A stretch of 64,000 nucleotides of DNA, taken from NCBI GenBank assembly GCA_965203295.1, contig CBDBCZ010000019.1, forward strand, positions 1,120,001-1,184,000, read 5' to 3'. Shown in pieces: positions 30,552 to 41,579 of this stretch (positions are counted from its first letter, which is position 1; the number at the start of each line of letters is the position of its first letter). The position numbers were made by a program, and so were the translations under genes. The notes beneath the pieces were generated by a model, which did no database searches, had not been told where the DNA came from, and was given only the letters and a program-made list of their open reading frames with translations. This DNA is from Nitrospirales bacterium. GTDB lineage: Bacteria > Nitrospirota > Nitrospiria > Nitrospirales > UBA8639.

Positions 30552-31763
30552 TCAAGTAGGGTAGGCGGTATTGATTTTCACGTACTCATAGGTCAAGTCA
30601 GTCGTCCACAGGTAATACGATCCTGAACCGATTCCAAGTGAAGCGGTTATTTGAAACTCTTCTTGCTGCATGATGCTTTGAGCTCGTTTTTCATAAGAGG
30701 GGCCAAGACCCTTCCCGTCTTTGACGACTGGAACACCGTTAAAATCTAGACTGAGCGAATGGGCAGAAACAGGAACTCCAGCTCGGCCAATGGCTGCCAT
30801 GATTCTGCCCCAGTTAGGATCTGCCCCGAAAAGAGCTGTTTTCACCAATGGTGAGGTTGCAATAGTTTGGGCTATTCGTTTTGCGTGGTGATCTGTTTTC
30901 GCTCCAGTGACGTAAATCTTGACTAATTTGGTTCTTCCTTCCCCATCTCTCCCAATCTCTAGAGCCAAGGTCAGGCACACCTGATTCAAGAGTTTTTGAA
31001 AAACCTGATAGCCGGGTGTCTTTAGTGTTAGCTGTGGGTTGCCCGCGAGGCCGTTGGCAATGCCCATGACCGTATCATTTGTACTGGTATCGCCATCAAC
31101 AGAAATACGATTAAAAGATTGCTCGACAGCATAGCGCAGAGCCTGTTGAAAGGCTTGTGGCGTAATGCGCGCATCGGTGGTGATGTAGGCCAGCATGGTT
31201 GCCATATCTGGGTGAATCATCCCGGAGCCCTTGGCCATTCCTCCAACCCTGATATGGGTTTGCTCAATAGTTGTTTCAAGGGCCGCTTCTTTAGAAAACG
31301 TATCCGTAGTCATGATTGCCTTTGCTGCATCCGTATGCCCGGAGCAACGAAGATGGAGCGCTAAAGATGGCATGGCTTTACGAATTTTGGCTAAAGGGAG
31401 TGGCTGTCCTATCAGACCAGTGGATCCTACATACACCATCTTAGGCTCAGTCTGTAACTCTTTGGCCACCAATGAGGCCATGTCCATCGCATCCGTTAAG
31501 CCCTGTGGCCCAGTACATGAATTAGCGTTGCCACTGTTAATGACAATGGCTTGGCCGATGGGCTGTCTGAGTTTGCGGCGGTTCACGATAACTGGTGCAG
31601 CTGGCAGGCGACTTTTCGTGAACACCCCAGCCATTGCGCCTGGATGGGAGGAAGCAATCAAGGCTAAATCCAATTGGGGCGCAGGCTTTATTCCGGCATG
31701 GATGCCGGCTGCCATAAATCCCTTTGGTGCCGTGACTCCGCTTTTGAGTCGTTTGAATGGCAT
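30552..31763 (-). CDS. argJ: Bifunctional ornithine acetyltransferase
   Basis: NSGNAN, IMTTDT, AKGSGMIHPDMATML, DGDTSTND, DPNWGRI. Confidence 0.97.
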   Translation of the reverse strand: MPFKRLKSGVTAPKGFMAAGIHAGIKPAPQLDLALIASSHPGAMAGVFTKSRLPAAPVIVNRRKLRQPIGQAIVINSGNANSCTGPQGLTDAMDMASLVAKELQTEPKMVYVGSTGLIGQPLPLAKIRKAMPSLALHLRCSGHTDAAKAIMTTDTFSKEAALETTIEQTHIRVGGMAKGSGMIHPDMATMLAYITTDARITPQAFQQALRYAVEQSFNRISVDGDTSTNDTVMGIANGLAGNPQLTLKTPGYQVFQKLLNQVCLTLALEIGRDGEGRTKLVKIYVTGAKTDHHAKRIAQTIATSPLVKTALFGADPNWGRIMAAIGRAGVPVSAHSLSLDFNGVPVVKDGKGLGPSYEKRAQSIMQQEEFQITASLGIGSGSYYLWTTDLTYEYVKINTAYPT

Positions 31764-31802
31764 AACAATCGAGACCAGAGCGAATCTTCTAAGATGACAG
31801 CC

Positions 31803-32876
31803 TCATGGGAAAAAGCCTGGGGTGCTGAGTCCGAGTTCTTCAGGGAATCCCAAAAGAATATTCATTGATTGGAGAGCTTGCCCAGCAGCTCCTTTGACTA
31901 GATTGTCAATGGCTGCAATGGTGACGACGTGGCCTGTTTGCTTGTTGCGAAATACGCCGATATCACAAAAGTTTGAGCCTCTCACATGACTGGGGCTTAC
32001 GGCTAAGGGATCATTGAGGATTCGGACAAATGGTTCTCTCCGATAAAAGGTCCTATAGAGGCGACGAAGCTCCTCCGTCGATACGGCCTTGGTTAATTCC
32101 GAATACGCGGTACTGATCAGTCCTCGATTCATTGGAACTAGGTGAGGAACGAATACGACCTTGATGGATTTGGGCCTTTTCTGATGATGTTTAGCGTCCA
32201 CGGCTTGAAGCACTTGTTCAATTTCTGGAAGATGCCTATGCTCACCAATCTTATAGGCTTTGATGGAGTCGTGGGATTCCGGAAAGTGATAAAGCTGGGC
32301 AGGGCTTCTTCCAGCTCCTGAGATGCCGGACTTTGCATCTACGATGAGACCGCCTGGTCTTACCAATCCTTTGGCTACCAGCGGAGCTAATTGAAGAATG
32401 GCGGCAGTCGGATAGCATCCTGGAACCCCCACGAGACGAGCTTTACGGATCTTTGATCGGTAAAGTTCTGGTAAGCCGTACACGGCCTTATGAAGGAGAT
32501 GAGGAGCAATATGGGGGGTCTGGTACCAGGACTCATAGACTTTTGGGTCATTCAGCCGGAAATCGGCGCTGAGGTCCAGAACGATTTTTCCTCCTTGTAT
32601 ACATTGCTTCGCAAAAGGCATGGATTTAGTATGGGGAAGTGCTAAGAACACCACATCGGCTCGCTTAATGAGAATCTGAGGGTCAGAGTGTTCGATACGA
32701 TGAGGCACAACCGAGCCAAGATTGGGGAAGAGCGAAGAGACCGGCTGCCCGGCGGACTTCTCCGCTGTGACGAGCGTAATCTTCACATGTGGGTGCCCGG
32801 ATAGGAGTCTGAGAATTTCTCCACCGGTATAACCACTGGCACCGACAACGGCAACTTTGACAAGACGAGTTGGCAT
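31803..32876 (-). CDS. argC: N-acetyl-gamma-glutamyl-phosphate reductase
   Basis: GASGYTG, LSADFRL, PGCYPT, DNLVKGAAGQA. Confidence 0.97.
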   Translation of the reverse strand: MPTRLVKVAVVGASGYTGGEILRLLSGHPHVKITLVTAEKSAGQPVSSLFPNLGSVVPHRIEHSDPQILIKRADVVFLALPHTKSMPFAKQCIQGGKIVLDLSADFRLNDPKVYESWYQTPHIAPHLLHKAVYGLPELYRSKIRKARLVGVPGCYPTAAILQLAPLVAKGLVRPGGLIVDAKSGISGAGRSPAQLYHFPESHDSIKAYKIGEHRHLPEIEQVLQAVDAKHHQKRPKSIKVVFVPHLVPMNRGLISTAYSELTKAVSTEELRRLYRTFYRREPFVRILNDPLAVSPSHVRGSNFCDIGVFRNKQTGHVVTIAAIDNLVKGAAGQALQSMNILLGFPEELGLSTPGFFP

Positions 32877-32974
32877 GAACGGAGAAGTTGATTTGTGTAT
32901 TGACGAAGGGGTGAGCTTGTACACGGAAGGAGAGGGCTCACCGGCTTTCTTTCAAAACAGGAGGGGCGAGAAAC

Positions 32975-33367
32975 TTAGCGTTTTGAATACTGGAATCGGC
33001 TTCTGGCGCCTTTCTGGCCGTATTTTTTTCGCTCCTTGACTCGAGCATCCCTAGTCAACAGTCCATATTTTTTCAGTGGGGCTCTCAGGTCGGCATTGGT
33101 TTCCACTAAAGCTTTGGCGATCGCATGCCTCAAGGCACCAGCTTGGCCAGAAACTCCACCGCCATTCACCGAGGCCACGACATCGTATTGCCAGGTCGTA
33201 CTCGATAGCTCGAACGCTGAGCGAATTTGAGCGCGATGAGGTAGGAGGGTAAAGTATTCATCCATAGGTTTCCCGTTGACGACGACTTCTCCCACCCCGG
33301 GTGCTATCCAAGCTCGGGCTATAGCATACTTTCGCTTACCAGTAGCGTACTGACTTGTTTTCACCAT
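32975..33367 (-). CDS. rpsI: 30S ribosomal protein S9
   Basis: GGGVSGQAGA, ERKKYG, QYSKR. Confidence 0.98.
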   Translation of the reverse strand: MVKTSQYATGKRKYAIARAWIAPGVGEVVVNGKPMDEYFTLLPHRAQIRSAFELSSTTWQYDVVASVNGGGVSGQAGALRHAIAKALVETNADLRAPLKKYGLLTRDARVKERKKYGQKGARSRFQYSKR

Positions 33368-33390
33368 GGATCAGGCCTTTCTTGATTCGT

Positions 33391-33840
33391 TTAGGAAGTG
33401 ACGACAGTAGGTTGTTGGGACCAAGGCTCAGGGTTTTGGGCAGTATGCGGGTGTTCGGGCCCTGCATAAATCCGAAGTTTTCTGGCCATTTGCTTTCCCA
33501 ATGGTGTCTTCGGAAGCATTCCTCTTATGGCTTTTGAGAGCACCTTAGTCGGTTTTTTTTCTAAGAGATGTTTGGCCGTAATGGACTTGATGCCTCCCGG
33601 ATACCCTGTGTGATGGTAATAGATTTTCTTTTGCAGTTTATTCCCGGTCAACCGAACTTCCCCTGCATTGATGATGACAACATGATCACCTGTGTCCACG
33701 TTAGGGGTAAATATCGGTTTATGTTTTCCACGTAAGAGTGTGGCTACCTGAACTGCTAATCGACCTAACGTTTTACCCTTAGCATCGACAAGATGCCATT
33801 TTCTTTGTACTTCAAGAGGTTTTGCTTGAAACGATCGCAT
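33391..33840 (-). CDS. rplM: 50S ribosomal protein L13
   Basis: LRGKHKP, DTGDHV, HTGYPGG, GMLPK. Confidence 0.98.
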   Translation of the reverse strand: MRSFQAKPLEVQRKWHLVDAKGKTLGRLAVQVATLLRGKHKPIFTPNVDTGDHVVIINAGEVRLTGNKLQKKIYYHHTGYPGGIKSITAKHLLEKKPTKVLSKAIRGMLPKTPLGKQMARKLRIYAGPEHPHTAQNPEPWSQQPTVVTS

Positions 33841-33881
33841 AAGTCCGTTCTCCAATTTTCTGCAGCGAACAACACCTGTAC

Positions 33882-34391
33882 TTAGGATTGAGGTTGGCTT
33901 GATGGTTTGGTATCAAGTCTCGCTAACCATGCATCCAAATTTTCTCCCCCTCGATTTTTCAAAACCTCCGGTGTGACATAAATAGGAGTCTTGGCCCTCA
34001 AGGCCAACGCAATAGCATCGCTGGGACGAGAATCGACGGTTCGGCTCACACCATTTGATGATAAGTGAATAGTCGCATAGTACGTATTATTTTTCACGTC
34101 GTTCACGACAACATGAGTGACTTGTAACCCGAGATGTTGGGTGAAACTAAAAATAAGATCGTGACTCATGGGACGAGGAGGAACGATGCCTTCCAGGGCA
34201 AGACGAATTGACGTTCCCTCAGCTGTTCCAATCCAAATTGGTAAAACATCGGAATTATCCTCTTCTCGAAGAATGACAATTTGGGTGTCAGTGTTTGGAT
34301 CAACTAAAACCCCGTGTACTTTTAACGGGATGAGTCGAGTATCCTGGTCCATGGATTCTGTGTTTTTGGCTTTTTCTGGATCGTGTTCCAT
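33882..34391 (-). CDS. Bifunctional nuclease (DUF151/BFN)
   Basis: [25 protein letters not shown]. Confidence 0.93.
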   Translation of the reverse strand: MEHDPEKAKNTESMDQDTRLIPLKVHGVLVDPNTDTQIVILREEDNSDVLPIWIGTAEGTSIRLALEGIVPPRPMSHDLIFSFTQHLGLQVTHVVVNDVKNNTYYATIHLSSNGVSRTVDSRPSDAIALALRAKTPIYVTPEVLKNRGGENLDAWLARLDTKPSSQPQS

Positions 34392-34637
34392 TTGCTGTTT
34401 TTTTCTTCTAAAACCAAAAGTGTCAATCCTGAAGTCATACTTTTGATTTTGCGACCTCAGAAAGTTCAGAGGACGTTTGTCACCTTAGTAAAGCAAGAAT
34501 TCCAAAAAAATCAACGGAGTTTTTCCGTGCGAACAGGATAGGGTCGAAAGGGGAAACCCAAAACACTTCGGAACTCTTTTGCGGTACTCTGTGCATCTGT
34601 GATGCTAGTCAGGGAACCTCCTCATCACTTTTGGATA

Positions 34638-35093
34638 TTAAGTCTCGAACTTGCCGAAATCCTCCGGCTTCAAATTTTCTAACCACCGTTCTAGTTCTTC
34701 TGAACTTTGCTTCCGGAGAACTTCTTCGGAAGTAAAAATGGGGGCCTCGGCGCGAAGGGCAAGGGCAATGGCATCGCTCGGGCGTGAATCGAGAGAATAC
34801 TCCGAATCCCCGTACCATAAATGAATCTTGGCAAAATAGGTATTATCTTTTAAGTCGGTCAACACGGCACTGAGAATTTTGGCATCAACCTGGTCCAAAA
34901 TCGTCTTCATGAGATCATGGGTCATCGGGCGGGGAGGTGAAATATTTTCGAGGGCAAAGCTGATGGCACTGGCTTCAGCTTTGCCTACCCAAATGGGGAG
35001 CATATCGGTATTTTTTTCATCACGTAAAATGACAATGTACGCATTGTTGTAAGGGTCAAACAACAAACCCCGTACATTCATCTGGGTGATCAT
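34638..35093 (-). CDS. Bifunctional nuclease (DUF151/BFN)
   Basis: [25 protein letters not shown]. Confidence 0.93.
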   Translation of the reverse strand: MITQMNVRGLLFDPYNNAYIVILRDEKNTDMLPIWVGKAEASAISFALENISPPRPMTHDLMKTILDQVDAKILSAVLTDLKDNTYFAKIHLWYGDSEYSLDSRPSDAIALALRAEAPIFTSEEVLRKQSSEELERWLENLKPEDFGKFET

Positions 35094-35283
35094 TCCCTTG
35101 TCCCTTTCAGCCCCCTATCAATCACGATCATTTTCGTTAAAACACCAAATTTTTCTTGAGGTTATGTAACCTATCATCCCTGTCTTTCTCTTGTCAACGA
35201 ACATTTTGGGGCCAATAAGTGGTGAGGATCTTTCTGGTTGAGATCACTCAATCTTCTCTTTCTAAACTTTGGTTGTTCCCCAC

Positions 35284-36999
35284 TTACCCCTGCAAGCTCT
35301 GAGAGTCAAGAATATTGGAAAGATAATCCGGCACTACCTCAGGCGAGTGCTTTGTGACCTCGCCCGTTCGTCGATTCTTGATGTCAATGGTTCCTTGTGC
35401 CAAGCCTTTCTCTCCAATGGTCACTTGAAATGGAGCTCCGATGAGATCGGCATCGTTGAATTTCACCCCTGCGCGTTCGTTGCGGTCGTCCCAGAGAACT
35501 TCAATGCCTCTTTTCGTCATCTCAGCATACAAATTCTTGGTGATCTGTTGGACTTGTTCGGAAGTGGTCACCGGTAGAAGGTGGACATGAAAGGGAGCTA
35601 TGGGGATCGGCCAAATCATGCCTCGGCTGCCGTGATTTTGTTCGATGGAGGCTGCCGCAGTGCGTCCGACTCCAATTCCATAACACCCCATAATAGCGGG
35701 ACGTTCTTGACCATTGGCATCGAGAAAGGATGCGCCCATGGCCTCACTGTATTTTGTCCCCAACAAGAACACGTGGCCGACTTCAATACCCTTCGCGGCT
35801 AAGAGCGGAGAACCATTGGAGGGAGAAGGATCACCAGCCTGCGCTTTTCGTAAGTCGGCAAAGGATTCTATAGAGAAGTCACGGTCCCAATTGACGTCAA
35901 TGTAATGAATATCTGCTTGGTTTCCTCCTACGACAAAATTGGTCATCGCTTTGACTGCATGGTCGGCAATAATGCGCAAGTTGGAAAGACCAATTGGACC
36001 TGCAAATCCGATAAGGGCAGAAGTGAGAGATGTCACGGTATCTGAATCAGCGAGGGCTAGGTCAGTGACACCTAAAAACTGCTTAATTTTTATTTCATTA
36101 GCTTCGTGATCACCCCTGATGAGGACAGCAAGAGATTCATTCTCTGTTTGATACAGCAGAGTTTTTACGAGGTGCGGAGGATCAATCTGTAGACAACGGC
36201 AGACCTCCTCCACTGTTTTGGCCCCTGGTGTAGGTACTTGCTGCTTGGGACGGGGAGATTGAGGAGACGATGGTGAGGGCGGTGTCACCTCTGCCTGCTC
36301 CACATTTGCTGCGTATCGGCCTTCCGAGTCGTAGAGAATGGTCTCTTCTCCCGTCTCGGCCAAGACCATAAATTCATGGGATGTTTTTCCACCAATTAAA
36401 CCGGTATCGGCCTGAACAGCGCGGAAGGACAATCCACAGCGTTGGAAAATTCGTTCGTATGCCTCGTACATTTTTTGATAACTCTGTTTGGCACCTTCCT
36501 CATCCTGGTCAAAGCTATAGGCATCTTTCATGATAAATTCCCGTCCCCGCATCAGACCAAAGCGTGGTCGAATTTCATCGCGAAATTTTGTTTGAATCTG
36601 ATAACAGTTTAGGGGTAATTGTCGGTACGATCGTACTTCTCTCCGGAAAAGATCAGTCACCACTTCCTCGTGCGTGGGGCCAAAACAAAAGTCTCGTTCG
36701 TGTCGATCCTGGCACCGGAGCAATTCTTTTCCATAGAAATCCCATCGTCCGGTTTCTCGCCACAGTTCAGCAGGTGCGAGGATCGGCATTAAGATCTCTT
36801 GAGCTCCGGCACGGTTCATCTCTTCGCGAATAATGGTTTCAATTTTTCGAATCACCCGAAGGCCTAAAGGCAAGTATGTATAAATTCCTGAAGCCACTTT
36901 TCGAATCAGTCCAGCTCGAACCATCAAGCGATGGCTGACGATTTCTGCTTCCCCTGGATCCTCGCGAAGAGTGGGAATTAATAACTGTGAGGTTCGCAT
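35284..36999 (-). CDS. proS: Proline--tRNA ligase
   Basis: GPTHEE, FRDEIRPRFGLMRGREFIMKD, GIEVGHVF, MGCYGIG; editing insertion domain. Confidence 0.98.
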   Translation of the reverse strand: MRTSQLLIPTLREDPGEAEIVSHRLMVRAGLIRKVASGIYTYLPLGLRVIRKIETIIREEMNRAGAQEILMPILAPAELWRETGRWDFYGKELLRCQDRHERDFCFGPTHEEVVTDLFRREVRSYRQLPLNCYQIQTKFRDEIRPRFGLMRGREFIMKDAYSFDQDEEGAKQSYQKMYEAYERIFQRCGLSFRAVQADTGLIGGKTSHEFMVLAETGEETILYDSEGRYAANVEQAEVTPPSPSSPQSPRPKQQVPTPGAKTVEEVCRCLQIDPPHLVKTLLYQTENESLAVLIRGDHEANEIKIKQFLGVTDLALADSDTVTSLTSALIGFAGPIGLSNLRIIADHAVKAMTNFVVGGNQADIHYIDVNWDRDFSIESFADLRKAQAGDPSPSNGSPLLAAKGIEVGHVFLLGTKYSEAMGASFLDANGQERPAIMGCYGIGVGRTAAASIEQNHGSRGMIWPIPIAPFHVHLLPVTTSEQVQQITKNLYAEMTKRGIEVLWDDRNERAGVKFNDADLIGAPFQVTIGEKGLAQGTIDIKNRRTGEVTKHSPEVVPDYLSNILDSQSLQG

Positions 37000-37164
37000 A
37001 TGTTTCCTACCATGAAGGATGTCAGCCCTTGGGCTGTGTAAAAGAAAATAGGTTCATTCTAAATGAATGGGTTTGCCGCCGTTATCCGTAGCAGATTCTT
37101 GAGAAATTCACGATTTTCATCTTTTTGGGGTTCTTCACAACGCATGTGTGTTTCCATACGGGTT

Positions 37165-37283
37165 ACAGGCTGTTCAAAACGGTCAGTCCTGTTGAGGAGA
37201 CATCAGGGTCGTTGAGGGGGAAAAGGCTCTCTACGGTTTATTGGGAACCGAGAAGGCTGTGAGCAGACCGTTTCAATGATTGT
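37165..37283. repeat. Degenerate MITE-like intergenic element
   Basis: ACAGGCTGTTCAAAACGGTC ... GACCGTTTCAATGATTGT imperfect terminal inverted repeats. Confidence 0.4.
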
Positions 37284-37291
37284 CGAGGGAC

Positions 37292-38674
37292 TTATTGAAG
37301 AAGTCGTTCAATATCGTTCCACAAGGCAAAGACCATGATACACAATAATAAAACAAACCCAATCTGTTGAGCAAACTCGCGTTGTCTTTCTCCTAGTGGT
37401 CGCCGAAGGATAGCTTCGAAAGCAAAAAACAAGAGGTGGCCTCCATCTAAGATTGGGATGGGAAGAAGATTTAAAATGCCCAAATTGATACTGATGATGG
37501 CCACAAGGAAAGCAATATTCGACAACCCTTGTTCTGCAGCTTCACCGGACGCACTCGCAATCATGATTGGTCCACCAATATTCTTCGGAGAAATTTCTCC
37601 GGAGATCATTTTGGTGAGACCGACCACCGTCAGTTCAGAGAACCCCCATGTCGCTTGCAGCCCTAAGATTGGTGTGAGGAGGGGTGAGGAAGCCCTCATC
37701 ACAGAGTGGTTTTGCCGCATAATTCCAATTTTCCCAATTTCCTTCGTCACGCCATGTTCCATCTGTTGATGGGCTTCGGGTGTCACGGAGAGGGCTACGG
37801 GCTTTCCCTCGCGAATCACGTGGATCGTTAATTGTTCATTCGGGTGCTGTCGGACAATGTCTGTCATCTGCGACCATGTGGAAATGGGTTCGTTCTCAAT
37901 TTGGACAATACGGTCTCCGTCCTGCATTCCGGCTCTCATCGCTGGTGAATCATTCATCACTGTGGTCGCCACCGGTGGAATTTTCTCAATCCCGAGTAGG
38001 TACGCTGGCTCATTCGAGTCGGGTTCCTGAGTGACCTTCGGTGTCACCAGAAATGTTTTGATTTCACCATTCCGTAACACATCAATGGTCACCTGCTTGC
38101 CCTGACTTTCTGCCATGGCGTAATAGACTTCGCCCATCGTGGTAATACCTTTTTCATTGATTCGAGTGATGCGGTCTCCTACTTGCATGCCAGCAATATG
38201 GGCAGGCGAATTGAGTTGGATGGCCTCCACAGTTGGCATGATGTCCTGAAAAGTAGGGACAAAAAGGGGACCGCCGGTCGCCAACCATGCGGTGAAAATC
38301 ATGTAACTCAAGATAAAATTAAATGCCGGCCCAGCCGCTACGATTAACGTTCGTTTCAGCAGAGGTTTATGAACAAAAGAACGCTCTTGGTCCTCGGGAG
38401 AAATCGTTTCGTTCGTATCCTCTCCAAACATTTTGACGTAGCCACCTAACGGGATAGCGGACACGACGAATTCGGTCTCACCGAACTGGCGACCTAAAAG
38501 TTTTGGCCCAAACCCAATCGAAAATTTGAGCACTCGGACGCCTGCCCAACGAGCGACGATGAAATGTCCAAACTCATGAAAGGTGACCAAGACGCCAAGG
38601 ACGATCAAAAACCACCAAAGTTTTTGACCAATAACGAATATTGATTCAGGCTGAAAAGATAAGAAGGTGCTCAA
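37292..38674 (-). CDS. rseP: RIP metalloprotease RseP
   Basis: HEFGH, two PDZ domains, NLLPIPILDGG. Confidence 0.96.
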   Translation of the reverse strand: MSTFLSFQPESIFVIGQKLWWFLIVLGVLVTFHEFGHFIVARWAGVRVLKFSIGFGPKLLGRQFGETEFVVSAIPLGGYVKMFGEDTNETISPEDQERSFVHKPLLKRTLIVAAGPAFNFILSYMIFTAWLATGGPLFVPTFQDIMPTVEAIQLNSPAHIAGMQVGDRITRINEKGITTMGEVYYAMAESQGKQVTIDVLRNGEIKTFLVTPKVTQEPDSNEPAYLLGIEKIPPVATTVMNDSPAMRAGMQDGDRIVQIENEPISTWSQMTDIVRQHPNEQLTIHVIREGKPVALSVTPEAHQQMEHGVTKEIGKIGIMRQNHSVMRASSPLLTPILGLQATWGFSELTVVGLTKMISGEISPKNIGGPIMIASASGEAAEQGLSNIAFLVAIISINLGILNLLPIPILDGGHLLFFAFEAILRRPLGERQREFAQQIGFVLLLCIMVFALWNDIERLLQ

Positions 38675-38697
38675 TTAAAATCTCCTTGTAAATTCCA

Positions 38698-39858
38698 TTA
38701 TTTGGCGAGCGCATGAATGTATTCTAAGGCCTTTTCCCGTGCGAACCGGTCAGCTTCTAGAGCATCGTCGATTGTGCTCAGTGGCTGAGAGGGACATGCT
38801 TCCATCGTTTGTTGAATAACCTTAGGGATTTCTAAAAAACCAATGCCTTCGTTCAGAAAAGCATCGACCGCAACTTCATTAGCCGCATTCAAGGTGGCTG
38901 GCATGGTGCCCCCCTCCCTTAAGGCGGAATAGGCCAGGTTCAAGCAGGGAAATCGTTCCCCATCTGGATCAGAAAAGGTCAATTTTCCCATTTTTCCAAG
39001 TTGCAAGGGAGGAAGGTCAAGGGGGACTCGTTCAGGATAATTCATGGCATAGGAAATAGGTGTACGCATGTCCGGGCAACCAAGTTGGGCGATAACCGAT
39101 CCGTCTTTATATTCTACTAAAGAATGAATAATACTTTCTCGGTGAATGAGCACATCGAGTTGAGTCGCCGGGAAGGTGAAAAGCCATCTTGCTTCAATGA
39201 CTTCTAGGCCTTTATTCATAAGGGTTGCTGAATCAATCGTAATTTTGTCGCCCATTTCCCAATTGGGATGTTTCAAGGCTTGCTGTAAGGTGGCTTGTTG
39301 CATGTCTTCCAGCGAATGATCCCAAAATGGTCCACCAGAAGCTGTGAGGATAATACGTTGAATATCCTGCTTGCGATGACCCTCCATACATTGAAAGATG
39401 GCGCTATGTTCACTATCGATGGGGAAAATTGGAATATGCTGCTTTCGAGCTTCCTCTTGCATAAGTTCGCCTACCATGACCATGGGTTCCTTATTGGCGA
39501 GTGCAACCCGACGACCAGCCCGAATAGCTTCCAATGTAGGAATCAAACCAGCGGCTCCTACAATAGCGGAAATCACCAAATCGGATTCAGGGTGGGCTGC
39601 GAGTTCTTCTACCCCACTGGGCCCTTCCAGAATTTCCACAGAAAGATCAGCAACTCTGGCTCTCAGCCGTTTAGCAGCCTTTGGGTCCGATAGAGCGACA
39701 AGCTTGGGATGAAATACCCGCACTTGTTCCTCAAGCTTCTCATCATTGGTCCCAGCGGCCAACCCAAGAATGGAAAATTGTTCGGGAAATTTTGCCACGA
39801 TGTCCAATGTGCTGGTACCAATGGAACCCGTTGACCCAAGCAAAATAATGTTTTTCAT
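38698..39858 (-). CDS. dxr: 1-deoxy-D-xylulose-5-phosphate reductoisomerase
   Basis: GSTGSIG, LANKE, PIDSEH, TASGGPF, NKGLEVIEA. Confidence 0.97.
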   Translation of the reverse strand: MKNIILLGSTGSIGTSTLDIVAKFPEQFSILGLAAGTNDEKLEEQVRVFHPKLVALSDPKAAKRLRARVADLSVEILEGPSGVEELAAHPESDLVISAIVGAAGLIPTLEAIRAGRRVALANKEPMVMVGELMQEEARKQHIPIFPIDSEHSAIFQCMEGHRKQDIQRIILTASGGPFWDHSLEDMQQATLQQALKHPNWEMGDKITIDSATLMNKGLEVIEARWLFTFPATQLDVLIHRESIIHSLVEYKDGSVIAQLGCPDMRTPISYAMNYPERVPLDLPPLQLGKMGKLTFSDPDGERFPCLNLAYSALREGGTMPATLNAANEVAVDAFLNEGIGFLEIPKVIQQTMEACPSQPLSTIDDALEADRFAREKALEYIHALAK

Positions 39859-39909
39859 CGCAACCCCTTGTGTCCTGGCTTGTCTTCCATGGTGTCTGTC
39901 GACAAGGTC

Positions 39910-40713
39910 TCACCCTTTGATGAGGACCATATAATAATAAAACGTGGGCGCAGTGAGAAGAAGACTGTCGAGTCGATCCAGTATGCCGCCGTGACCCGGT
40001 ATGAGCCCACCAGAGTCCTTCACACCTCCCCGACGTTTGAAAGCTGACTCTGAAAGATCCCCGATTAATCCCACGACAGTTAATAGCAAACCGTTGGCTA
40101 CGCAGTCTACCATGGACAGTGATGGCAAAAACCAATAATGAGCCAGCAAAGCGACTATTGGAGCAAAAATAAGTCCGCCTCCAAAGCCTTCGATCGTTTT
40201 GTTGGGACTCAATCGAGAAGCCAACTGGCGTCGGCCAAAGAGTTTTCCTACGTAATACCCGGCGGTATCTGCTGCCCATGTCACCAAGATTAAGAAAAAG
40301 ATGAGGAATTCGCCTTCAGGAAGCTGCCTAAGTAAGACCAAATGTCCCAAGGTCAACCCAATGTACAGGACTCCAAAAGAGAGGATAATGATTTCTTCCG
40401 CGCACTTCGTCGGGGTCGAATGCCAAAGAACCTGATAGCTTAAAATAATGAGAAGGATACAACTTACTGCGAATGGAAATGGCAAAAGGGATGCCCACTG
40501 CATGCTGGCCAAAAGTAGTGCTGCCCCCCCGAGACCGATGATGAATGCTCCTTGATTGCCTTCGTAAGGAAGTTGAAGCCGGTAAAATTCCCAGAGAGCT
40601 AACAACGCGAATACGGTGACAAAACCAAAGAAAGCGATGGGAGGTGAATAGCGGAGGAGCAGATAAAAAAGAGGAGCAAAGACGAGGGCCGGATAAATTC
40701 GTTTGTGGTCCAC
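39910..40713 (-). CDS. cdsA: Phosphatidate cytidylyltransferase (start uncertain)
   Basis: SPNKTIEG, GDLSESAFKR, KDSG.LIPGHGGILDRLDS. Confidence 0.93.
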   Translation of the reverse strand: MDHKRIYPALVFAPLFYLLLRYSPPIAFFGFVTVFALLALWEFYRLQLPYEGNQGAFIIGLGGAALLLASMQWASLLPFPFAVSCILLIILSYQVLWHSTPTKCAEEIIILSFGVLYIGLTLGHLVLLRQLPEGEFLIFFLILVTWAADTAGYYVGKLFGRRQLASRLSPNKTIEGFGGGLIFAPIVALLAHYWFLPSLSMVDCVANGLLLTVVGLIGDLSESAFKRRGGVKDSGGLIPGHGGILDRLDSLLLTAPTFYYYMVLIKG

Positions 40714-40781
40714 ACGACGGTTGGTCGCGGTCAGTGTTTGTGGAGATCGGTCACCCAGTTGTGGGCCAATCACGCCAGGTC

Positions 40782-41579
40782 TCACAACCCGCTTTGGTGA
40801 GAGAAAGGGTGGGAGATTCGTCCAAAACGACGTTCCCGCTTTTGATAATTCAGGAGGGCAATGAGGAGATCGCGACGTCGAAAGTCCGGCCAAAACGTTT
40901 TGGTAAAATACAATTCTGTATAAGCAATTTGCCAGAGAAGAAAATTGCTAATCCTGTTTTCCCCACTGGTTCGGATGAGAAGGTCGGGGTCAGGAAGTGC
41001 GGTCGTCATCAAATACTGCTCAAACATCTCTTCGCTGATGTGGTGAGCTTCAACTTTTCCACATTCAACGTCTTTCACGATATGCTGAATGGCATCGATA
41101 ATTTCGGATCTGCCCCCATAGCTTAACGCCACTGCCAGGGTCCGGTGGGTGAAGTGCCGAGTTTCCTCAGCGACAGTCTGAACTAATGTCTGAACAGTGG
41201 AAGGTAGGGCGGAAAGGCGTCCAATGGGAAGAAAGCGCATCCTCCGTTCTTGGAAGGTTTGGCGTTCTTTCTGGAGAAATTCCTGCAAAAGTTCCATCAG
41301 TAGATTAATTTCATGGGCAGGTCGGTTCCAGTTTTCATGAGAAAACGCGTAAATAGTCAGAATCGGAATTCCAAGTTCATCGCAGAGATTCAAGACCTCA
41401 CGAAGAGATACCAACCCTTCCCGGTGGCCTATGATTCGCGGAAACCCTCGAAGCTTGGCCCATCGGCCATTCCCGTCCATAATTATCGCGATATGCCGTG
41501 GCAACAAGTCATGGTCTAGGAGAGACAGAAGCTCTTGGTCCGAGAGATCTGCGATTTCGTTGATGTGGGTCTGGTTCAT
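40782..41579 (-). CDS. uppS: Undecaprenyl diphosphate synthase
   Basis: IIMDGNGRWA, FSHENWNRP, RTSGENRISNFLLWQ. Confidence 0.97.
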   Translation of the reverse strand: MNQTHINEIADLSDQELLSLLDHDLLPRHIAIIMDGNGRWAKLRGFPRIIGHREGLVSLREVLNLCDELGIPILTIYAFSHENWNRPAHEINLLMELLQEFLQKERQTFQERRMRFLPIGRLSALPSTVQTLVQTVAEETRHFTHRTLAVALSYGGRSEIIDAIQHIVKDVECGKVEAHHISEEMFEQYLMTTALPDPDLLIRTSGENRISNFLLWQIAYTELYFTKTFWPDFRRRDLLIALLNYQKRERRFGRISHPFSHQSGL

